A DNA stretch of 64,000 nt, from contig JAXJNA010000044.1 of assembly GCA_036312945.1 (NCBI GenBank), positions 4,810-68,809 of the forward strand. Reading direction: 5' to 3'. Positions 57,785 through 64,000 of this stretch are shown here, one piece after another. Both the position numbers and the translations under genes were made by a program. How positions within the stretch are numbered: the first letter of the stretch is position 1; each line of letters begins with the position of its first letter. The notes beneath the pieces are model-generated. The model worked only from the letters and a program-made list of their open reading frames with translations, was not told the DNA's origin and did no database searches. The DNA is from Anaerostipes hadrus (GTDB lineage Bacteria; Bacillota; Clostridia; Lachnospirales; Lachnospiraceae).

Positions 57785-58075
57785 TTAAAATAATGGATCT
57801 CTCATAATCGGAACATTCCAATGATAAAAAGACCAGATTGCTAATATTATGAAAGTTATAAGAAATACTACATTCCAAAACTTATCGTATTTCTTTTCTG
57901 TTTTTTTATCATGATAGATTAATTGCATGATTGTATCTACTGCAAACAATGTCGCTCCAATCGCAATCTGTGGATATGTCCACCAAAACTCACATCCTGT
58001 TGTAAATATAGCTCCTAGCAGGTAATATAATGTTTCATGATATTTGTTATTTACGAATTTCCTTATCACCGTCAT
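57785..58075 (-). CDS. small 3-TM membrane protein, type A (copy A1)
   Basis: About 96 aa: MTVIRKFVNNKYHETLYYLLGAIFTTGCEFWWTYPQIAIGATLFAVDTIMQLIYHDKKTEKKYDKFWNV.. It is near-identical to 58865..59155. The ORF-track extension to 58108 reads through a blaR1-like remnant. The exact start (ATG 58075 or the GTG two codons later) is uncertain. Confidence 0.7.
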   Translation of the reverse strand: MTVIRKFVNNKYHETLYYLLGAIFTTGCEFWWTYPQIAIGATLFAVDTIMQLIYHDKKTEKKYDKFWNVVFLITFIILAIWSFYHWNVPIMRDPLF

Positions 58076-58081
58076 CCCTCC
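57785..58081. repeat. 297-bp direct repeat, copy 1 (partner at 58865..59161, offset exactly 1080 bp)
   Basis: Line-by-line comparison gives about 16 mismatches in 297 bp (~95% identity). It runs from the stop codon through the GGAGGGATGAC RBS region. Confidence 0.9.
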
Positions 58082-58098
58082 GTCCTTTTTATAATTTT

Positions 58099-58146
58099 CT
58101 TTTCTCAAGTGACTTCTCTAAATGTTAAAACAAATAAATACGCATC
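58099..58146 (-). pseudogene. remnant of the 5' end of a blaR1-like gene
   Basis: About 48 nt are colinear with 60569..60617 inside the intact blaR1-like gene. Blocks of 11, 8 and 19 identical nt are present (TAAAACAAATAAATACGCA is perfect), with one indel. It encodes CVFICF..LEK but is interrupted by a stop. Confidence 0.55.
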
Positions 58147-58160
58147 TTTCTCCTCTATTT

Positions 58161-58457
58161 TTAATAGCTGTATGCCAAATCTAAATACATATCAGACAAT
58201 ACAATCAATATTGGTACCGCAAGCCACTTAAGTCCCTCTATGTACTCTTTTTTTCTTTTCTCTACATTTTCTTCACATACTTTGATCATCGCAAGCTGCC
58301 AAACAAACAGGATTCCTGCCAATATAAAATACACAACACGAGGAAAAAAAATATTTCCTTTAAATTTTCCTCCAATGATAATCAGTATAAATAAAATACT
58401 CCCTACAATTCTCCAATGATGTTTTGTATAAAGTTCTGATTGATATAATTTTTTCAT
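58161..58457 (-). CDS. small 3-TM membrane protein, type B (copy B1)
   Basis: 98 aa: MKKLYQSELYTKHHWRIVGSILF... It is distantly related to 58528..58821, sharing LYQ..LY.K.HW and the C-E-(K/E)-x-x-KRK loop. Confidence 0.65.
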   Translation of the reverse strand: MKKLYQSELYTKHHWRIVGSILFILIIIGGKFKGNIFFPRVVYFILAGILFVWQLAMIKVCEENVEKRKKEYIEGLKWLAVPILIVLSDMYLDLAYSY

Positions 58458-58489
58458 AAGGCACTCTCCTTCCTGTTCGTCCTTATGGT

Positions 58490-58510
58490 TTAAAATAATG
58501 GATTTCTAAC
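58490..58510 (-). pseudogene. possible remnant of the 3' end of a type-A gene
   Basis: TTAAAATAATGGAT (14/14) plus flanking partial matches to the last codons and stop of the A genes (..RNPLF* versus ..RDPLF*). It lies between B2 and B1. Confidence 0.35.
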
Positions 58511-58527
58511 TCCTAATAATTTTGTCA

Positions 58528-58821
58528 TTAATATTTCATTCCCATAGCTAGAAACAATATTACTACTGGTATTACAAAAACTTCGATCCCAATTAAATAT
58601 TGATCTTTCCTTTTTTTACTGTCTTTTTCACAGATCATAATCAATGCCATCTGTATCATCCACATAAAAAGTGCCGCTCCAATATAAAGAATATTATATG
58701 GTGAAAGCATTTTTATGCCTCCAACTGCAACACTTATGCAAACAATTGCCAACATTAAAATATCTGCAATATACCAATGAAATTTCTTGTATAGTGGTAA
58801 TTGATATAATCTATTCATCAT
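58528..58821 (-). CDS. small 3-TM membrane protein, type B (copy B2)
   Basis: 97 aa: MMNRLYQLPLYKKFHWYIADILMLAIV... with three hydrophobic segments. Confidence 0.65.
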   Translation of the reverse strand: MMNRLYQLPLYKKFHWYIADILMLAIVCISVAVGGIKMLSPYNILYIGAALFMWMIQMALIMICEKDSKKRKDQYLIGIEVFVIPVVILFLAMGMKY

Positions 58822-58864
58822 GACCCTCCTCCAATCAAAGTACTACCCCTCGCACTTATTGCTT

Positions 58865-59155
58865 TTAAAATAATGGATCTCTCATAATCGGAACATTCCA
58901 ATGATAAAAAGACCAAATTGCTAATATTATGAAAGTTACAATAATTGCTACATTCCAAAACTTATCATATTTCTTTTCTGTTTTTTTATCACGATAAATT
59001 AATTGCATCATTGTATCTATTGCAAACAATGTCGCTCCAATCGCAATCTGTGGATATGTCCACCAAAACTTACATCCTGTTGTAAATATAGCTCCTAGCA
59101 GGTAATATAATGTTTCATGATATTTGTTATTTATGAATCTCCTCATCATAGTCAT
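58865..59155 (-). CDS. small 3-TM membrane protein, type A (copy A2)
   Basis: 96 aa. AGGAGGG lies upstream. Sequence MTMMRRFINNKYHETLYYLLGAIFTTGCKFWWTYPQIAIGATLFAIDTMMQLIYRDKKTEKKYDKFWNV.. Confidence 0.7.
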   Translation of the reverse strand: MTMMRRFINNKYHETLYYLLGAIFTTGCKFWWTYPQIAIGATLFAIDTMMQLIYRDKKTEKKYDKFWNVAIIVTFIILAIWSFYHWNVPIMRDPLF

Positions 59156-59161
59156 CCCTCC
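58865..59161. repeat. 297-bp direct repeat, copy 2 (partner at 57785..58081)
   Basis: See copy 1. Confidence 0.9.
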
Positions 59162-59277
59162 TGTTTTATTCTTGTTCCAAATCCTATCCCTCTTATCTTA
59201 TTATTCTATTTTCCTTTTATTGCTACATCTGAACATACACATGCACACAATCAAATTTATAAATTTCTTTCTCATCG

Positions 59278-60702
59278 TCACTTCTCCCATGTAAAATCGA
59301 CAAAAATCTTTATTTTACTCTTATATCTATTCTCTATAAAAAATTTATAACGCCCTTCCTTTTGAATTTCAAAATCATGAAGTATTTGACTTGATGCCAT
59401 TACATATCGTTCCCGTCCATTCACATCCATAATTCCAGATATAAAATCTGTATCTCTCTTATTTAAAGTTTCATCTTGCATATCTTGTAAATTAAAACTT
59501 ACAATTTCTCCCTTTTTTAAATAGATCCAGTTCGACTCCATTCTATTTTGTGATTTTAATTTCTGAAAGAAAGCATTATAATTTCCTTTCTTAATATTTT
59601 CTTTCATTTTTACCACTGGCAATTTTTTGTTCCAACGGATATGATCATATTCTTTTAAGTTCATAATTATATCTCTTGTTTCCGCTCCACCTTCTTTTAA
59701 ATATATCTCTTGTTGTATATCCCCCAACATCATGATCGTCGACATATAAATCCTATGATATCCTTGTGTGATAAGAACAACCGAACCAAAAGATACCAAA
59801 AGCAATATCATTACCGCAGAAATTTGAGCTGCAGCTTTTTTGTTTGTATCCTGCATTGCCTTAATCCTGTATATTCTTGTCTTCAACTGATTTTTATCTT
59901 CGTATAAAGCTGCACATAAATAAGCGCCTTTTTGAAATGGCTGGATTCCTAGTCTGCATACTGTTGTAAAATATTTCTTCTTATCCTTTAAAACCTGTGT
60001 AACTGCATAATCACAATAACTTTCGTTCCAGCTGTCAACAACATAGACAAATCTTTGGATCAATGGATTCCACCAAAATACAATACGAGCAAATGCACAT
60101 AACTGCTTCCACAGAATATCTTTATGCTTACAATGCATTAGTTCATGTACAAAGATTACATCAAGTTCCTCTCTCGAATAATCTCTTGCTGGTAATAAAA
60201 TAACAGGTTTCAGCACTCTGCAAATAATCGGTGTCGCAATTGTATAGCTGTATTTTACTTCTATCTTTTGTCGAATTTTAAGTTTTTTTCTCCATATTTC
60301 TTTGGTATCTACGACTTCTCTTTCACACATACATGCTGTATTAATTAGATATTTTAGTCTCTTATGAATCTGGATACTATGAATAAGTGCTTTTCCCCAT
60401 CCTACTGCCCATATAAGCAGCAAAACGCCAAAAACGTATGGCAATGGATCATCTTGTGCAAATGTCACATTATCATCATAAGCATAAATCAATGATACAA
60501 ATACAATCGGTATCAAGAATGATAAGATTACAAATCTTAACAATCTGACACTCGTCTTTATCAGGCCTCTTTTCTCAAGAGGCTTCTCTAATAATCTAAA
60601 ACAAATAAATACGCAGCTTCCTGTTAGTGCATTCAGCATGATCAGATTCATTATATAAATAATGGACTGTCTGATCGCATACATTATATCAATCCAAATC
60701 AT
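59278..60702 (-). CDS. BlaR1/MecR1-type M56 peptidase signal transducer with a non-PBP C-terminal extracytoplasmic domain
   Basis: 474 aa. N-terminal TM segments and the zinc motif VHELMHCKHKD (HExxH). After a late TM segment (AAAQISAVMILLLVSFGSVVLI) comes a ~175-aa domain with no SxxK/KTG penicillin-binding motifs. The start overlaps blaI by 14 nt; an alternative ATG lies at 60684. Confidence 0.85.
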   Translation of the reverse strand: MIWIDIMYAIRQSIIYIMNLIMLNALTGSCVFICFRLLEKPLEKRGLIKTSVRLLRFVILSFLIPIVFVSLIYAYDDNVTFAQDDPLPYVFGVLLLIWAVGWGKALIHSIQIHKRLKYLINTACMCEREVVDTKEIWRKKLKIRQKIEVKYSYTIATPIICRVLKPVILLPARDYSREELDVIFVHELMHCKHKDILWKQLCAFARIVFWWNPLIQRFVYVVDSWNESYCDYAVTQVLKDKKKYFTTVCRLGIQPFQKGAYLCAALYEDKNQLKTRIYRIKAMQDTNKKAAAQISAVMILLLVSFGSVVLITQGYHRIYMSTIMMLGDIQQEIYLKEGGAETRDIIMNLKEYDHIRWNKKLPVVKMKENIKKGNYNAFFQKLKSQNRMESNWIYLKKGEIVSFNLQDMQDETLNKRDTDFISGIMDVNGRERYVMASSQILHDFEIQKEGRYKFFIENRYKSKIKIFVDFTWEK

Positions 60703-61069
60703 CTATCAAATCCTGTAATTCCTCTTTCTCCTCTGGTGTGATCGTCTTGGTCAATGTCTGAAACATCTCCTTTACGGAACCATCGTGCCAGAAGTCTTTC
60801 ATCTTTCTCATCTGTTCCTCTCGATATTCTTCCTCAGAAATGATCGCTGTAATATAGCTATAATTTCCTCTTACCTCTGTGTTTAAAAAACCTTTTCCTT
60901 TTAGTTTCGTTACATATGTTTTTACGGTGCTTCTTGCATAATTCCTGTCATAATGTTCTTTTAAATATTCGATGATATCATACGTTGTGATGTCATCTCC
61001 TAACTTCCAGATACTCTTCATTATTAAAATTTCTACTTCTGATAATTCTTTTAATTTCATCCTTATCAC
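60689..61069 (-). CDS. BlaI/MecI/CopY-family winged-helix transcriptional repressor
   Basis: 126 aa. LSEVEILIMKSIW.., ..ARSTVKTYVTKLKGKGFL.., and a C-terminal dimerisation helix. Translationally coupled to the M56 gene. Confidence 0.88.
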   Translation of the reverse strand: MIRMKLKELSEVEILIMKSIWKLGDDITTYDIIEYLKEHYDRNYARSTVKTYVTKLKGKGFLNTEVRGNYSYITAIISEEEYREEQMRKMKDFWHDGSVKEMFQTLTKTITPEEKEELQDLIDDLD

Positions 61070-61089
61070 ACTCCTTTAATATCTATCCT

Positions 61090-61126
61090 TATAATCGATT
61101 ATAGTCATAGTTAATTTGATTGTAAA
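61090..61126 (-). promoter_or_regulatory. blaI-operon promoter (TTTACA-17-TATAAT) with a 14-bp perfect palindrome TATAATCGATTATA overlapping the -10; candidate BlaI-type operator
   Basis: -35 at 61121-61126, -10 at 61098-61103, palindrome at 61090-61103. RBS AAGGAG lies upstream of the ATG at 61069. Confidence 0.6.
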
Positions 61127-61195
61127 GCGATTTCGAAAAACATTTCTTTTTCTCTTTTATGCCTAATTTTACTTCGTTTTTTTAGTGAAAATGCA

Positions 61196-61240
61196 CAAAA
61201 AAAGAATGGCTAGACCTGCCTTGTCAGCCATTCTTTTTTG
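61196..61240. terminator. intrinsic (potentially bidirectional) terminator after the GH13 gene
   Basis: AAAAAAAGAATGGCT-(14 nt)-AGCCATTCTTTTTT. Confidence 0.8.
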
Positions 61241-61243
61241 CTT

Positions 61244-63166
61244 TTATAACTCTATCACTTTATAATCTATAGGTGCTACATTTGTCTTGATCACAGTGTT
61301 GCTCAAGTTCTTTAACAGCGCCTGTAGTGCATTCTCATTGACCCCTTCTTTGACCTTGTTGAGATCTAGATTGATCTCTTCTTTTTTCATCGTCGGATTG
61401 ACGAGAAGTAATATTGCTTTGTTCTCACTTGCTTCTCCAAAGACATCTTTTTTCTCACTGATAAATCTTAAGATCGCAAGGACATTTTCAGTCGGTGCCA
61501 TGTATAATGCATATCCTGTCTGTAAGACTTTTTCCCGATTTCTAAGGCTAGTCAGTCTCAAAACTTCCTGATAGGCTTCTTTGTCATTTTCAAAAAATGC
61601 TCCTCGGTTAAATGGGTCCATCAGTCCATGCATTCCATATTCATCTCCATAATAAATGCATGGCATTCCTGGGACAAAGAACTGAACTGCCATTGCAAGT
61701 CTTGTGAGTGCTTTTCCTTTCTGATCCATCTTTGATGTTATGACATATTCTGCCTGTTGCTCTCTCGATGGCAGATTCTCATTCATTCCAGTTGCAAGTG
61801 TTGTCCGAATTCTTGGAATATCATGTGAAGATAACAGATTCATCAGTGCATAATACAATGGTTTTGGATAATTACACTGCTGAGATAGCAAGAATGTCTT
61901 CATATCTTTGGCACTTTGATTGCCGAGTAAATAATCTGTGACGTTGACTTTCAGCGGATAGTTCATTGCGCTGTCTAAGCCTTTTCCCAACGCATATTTA
62001 CGTTTCATTCCGTAGCTTTCTTTCGTTGTGACATCTTCCCATACCTCACCGATCAGTGCATAATTCTTGAATTTCTTCTTTAATTCGCTTCGCAATTTAA
62101 AGATAAATTCATCCGGAAGTTCGTCTGCAACATCCAGACGGAATCCTGATGCTCCAAGTTTTAACCAATGCTTGATCACCGAATCTTCTCCTGCGATAAT
62201 GTAATCAACAAACTTTTCATTTAATTCATTGACTTCTGGCAGTGTTTCAAACCCCCACCAGCTCTTATAAGTTCCATCTTCGTTAAAGTCATACCAATCA
62301 TAGTACTTTGACTCTTCCCCTTGATATGCCCCTGGTTCTTCGTAATTTCCCTTTTTGTTAAAATAAACACTATCATCCCCAGTGTGGGAATATACTCCAT
62401 CCAAGATCACATGAATCCTGCGTTCTTTGGCAAGCTGGCATAGCCGCTTAAAATCTTCGTTATTCCCAAGGAATGGATCGACTTTCTTATAATCTGATGT
62501 GTTATAGCGGTGATTTGATGCTGCTTCTCCGATCGGATTCAAATAAATACAACTGATCCCCAATCGTTTCAGATCATCAAGTTTGGATATGATCCCCTCA
62601 ATATCTCCACCAAAATAATCACATGGATCATAAAATTCTTTTCCAGGAAGTGGTCCAAATACCGGCTGTTCTTCCCAGTCATCATGCAGATAGACCGTTC
62701 TTCCCATACTTTCATGGTATGCTTTCCCACGTTTCATATTTTCTTTGTTTCCCTGGCAGAAACGATCTGGGAAAATCTGATACATGATTCCTTTTGACAT
62801 CCACCTTGGGGTGTCAAAATCTTCTTCATATACGGTGATCTGAAAACTATCCGGGTTATCATCAACGATCATTCCTTCTCCTTGTGTCTTCCCATGTCTG
62901 GCTCCATAAAAATAACATTTCCCATGTTCCCAGATTCTGAAATAATACCAGACAACACCTGCTTCACTGGTCATCTTTATGTGTTCTTCCATGCAGTCTT
63001 TTTTTCGTTTCATCTCATACTCCCGGTGAAAACTTTCAGAATACATGATGATCTCTGCCTTATTGACTTCCTGCCCTACATCATACAGGCGGATCATCAT
63101 CTCGCTTCCACATGTGACTGCACCTACGGGAGTTCTGTATTTTTCTACTGACGCGTTATGAATCAT
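61244..63166 (-). CDS. glycoside hydrolase family 13 alpha-glucan hydrolase (neopullulanase/alpha-glycosidase-like)
   Basis: 640 aa. GH13 regions I-IV: DGVYSHTG, GFRLDVADE, GEVWED and LLSSHDIPR. N-terminal beta-domain. Confidence 0.9.
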   Translation of the reverse strand: MIHNASVEKYRTPVGAVTCGSEMMIRLYDVGQEVNKAEIIMYSESFHREYEMKRKKDCMEEHIKMTSEAGVVWYYFRIWEHGKCYFYGARHGKTQGEGMIVDDNPDSFQITVYEEDFDTPRWMSKGIMYQIFPDRFCQGNKENMKRGKAYHESMGRTVYLHDDWEEQPVFGPLPGKEFYDPCDYFGGDIEGIISKLDDLKRLGISCIYLNPIGEAASNHRYNTSDYKKVDPFLGNNEDFKRLCQLAKERRIHVILDGVYSHTGDDSVYFNKKGNYEEPGAYQGEESKYYDWYDFNEDGTYKSWWGFETLPEVNELNEKFVDYIIAGEDSVIKHWLKLGASGFRLDVADELPDEFIFKLRSELKKKFKNYALIGEVWEDVTTKESYGMKRKYALGKGLDSAMNYPLKVNVTDYLLGNQSAKDMKTFLLSQQCNYPKPLYYALMNLLSSHDIPRIRTTLATGMNENLPSREQQAEYVITSKMDQKGKALTRLAMAVQFFVPGMPCIYYGDEYGMHGLMDPFNRGAFFENDKEAYQEVLRLTSLRNREKVLQTGYALYMAPTENVLAILRFISEKKDVFGEASENKAILLLVNPTMKKEEINLDLNKVKEGVNENALQALLKNLSNTVIKTNVAPIDYKVIEL

Positions 63167-63193
63167 AATTTAATCTCATCTTTTTTGTAACTC

Positions 63194-64000
63194 TTATTTT
63201 ACTGGTTTCAGATTCCAGATTTTTTCATTATATTGTTCAATCGTTCGGTCTGATGAAAAATATCCGGATTTTGCTGTATTAACAACTGCTTTTTTGATCC
63301 ATTCATCCTTATGATCGACATACAAACGATATACTTTTTCATATGTTTCGATATAAGACGGAAAATCTGCAAGTATGTAATATGGATCTGCCTCTCCATA
63401 TTCCCCAAATAAAAGATTCTGATAAATCTCTGAATATTTTCTGTTTCCATATCGTAACAGATTTCCTTCGATCAGACAATTACATACATCACGGATTCCT
63501 GGATGATTCTCGAAAATAATCCCTGGATTGTATGTATGGTACATTTTTTTATTGTAATTACCCTCAGCGCTGTCACCGAAAATAAAGATATTCTCCTGAC
63601 CTACACGCTCTGCGATCTCTATATTGGCTCCATCCATAGTGCCGATCGTCAATGCACCATTCATCATAAATTTCATATTTCCTGTTCCAGATGCTTCCAT
63701 TCCTGCGGTAGAAATCTGCTCACTGATATCTGCTGCCGGAATCAGCATCTCCGCAACTGATACACAATAATTTTCTACGAAAACTACCTGAATCTTTCCG
63801 TCCATATCCGGGTCTTTATTCACCATTTCCTGAATGGAATGAATCAGCCTTATGATCTCTTTTGCCCTGGCATATCCCGGTGCTGCTTTCGCTGCAAAAA
63901 TAAATGTGATCGGTGTTGTAATACATGTTGGATCTTTTTTGATCTTCCGATATATATAAATAATATGCAGACATTTTAACAGCTGTCGTTTATACTCATG
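63194..64000 (-). CDS. glgP: second glycogen/maltodextrin phosphorylase (GT35), 5' end outside the window
   Basis: The frame is open from 63194 to the window edge. It begins ..HEYKRQLLKCLHIIYIY.. and contains EASGTGNMKFMMNGA. The track ORF 63194..63826 is only the part after an internal Met. Confidence 0.93.
   Translation of the reverse strand, partial: HEYKRQLLKCLHIIYIYRKIKKDPTCITTPITFIFAAKAAPGYARAKEIIRLIHSIQEMVNKDPDMDGKIQVVFVENYCVSVAEMLIPAADISEQISTAGMEASGTGNMKFMMNGALTIGTMDGANIEIAERVGQENIFIFGDSAEGNYNKKMYHTYNPGIIFENHPGIRDVCNCLIEGNLLRYGNRKYSEIYQNLLFGEYGEADPYYILADFPSYIETYEKVYRLYVDHKDEWIKKAVVNTAKSGYFSSDRTIEQYNEKIWNLKPVK

Noticed and set aside
1-64000. Searched by eye for tRNA/rRNA genes, CRISPR arrays, integrases, transposases, restriction-modification systems or other known defence genes
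   Set aside because: None was found. The intergenic regions are short and are accounted for by promoters, leaders and terminators. The exceptions are 908-1246 (AT-rich spacer) and 55583-55998 (hairpin element).

Overview
Chromosomal core region of a low-GC Firmicute. Gene content and order suggest Clostridia, Lachnospiraceae-like, but that is inference. About 60 genes are present and all but one lie on the minus strand. In minus-strand transcription order the window holds: a partial maltodextrin/glycogen phosphorylase and a GH13 enzyme; a BlaI/BlaR1-like pair followed by four small membrane proteins; a Na/Pi cotransporter (the only plus-strand gene); miaB-mutS-mutL-cdd-miaA-ynbB; radC-mreBCD-PBP2-minCDE-rodA and an mgsA-like gene; dacB, a radical SAM gene and a HlyD-like gene; yggS-sepF-ylmH-divIVA; aroB-lspA-rluD-proC; rpsO, a 1587-aa surface protein, then pnp; maf, degV and thrE-like genes; an S8 protease; glgP; two tandem secreted MBL-fold proteins and a TPR protein; a SorE-like dehydrogenase, RpiR and an SDR remnant; then the hflX operon, a short antiterminator, ptsH and ptsI; and an AT-rich two-gene cassette at the window edge. 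I found no rRNA, tRNA, CRISPR array, transposase or integrase. Five items deserve a second look. (1) A PRD1-less CAT-PRD2 antiterminator sits with a textbook RAT/terminator directly in front of ptsHI. (2) A roughly 156-nt hairpin element has a perfect 34-bp basal stem, a GNRA-capped GC-rich interior, and its own promoter-like and terminator-like signals; it lies between two divergent promoters. (3) A blaI/blaR1-like operon carries an A-B-B'-A' set of uncharacterised 3-TM miniproteins, with footprints of unit amplification and decay. (4) The methylglyoxal-synthase homologue has lost catalytic residues. (5) A giant surface-protein gene is wedged between rpsO and pnp. All calls rest on reading the sequence and recalling family motifs; no database search was run.
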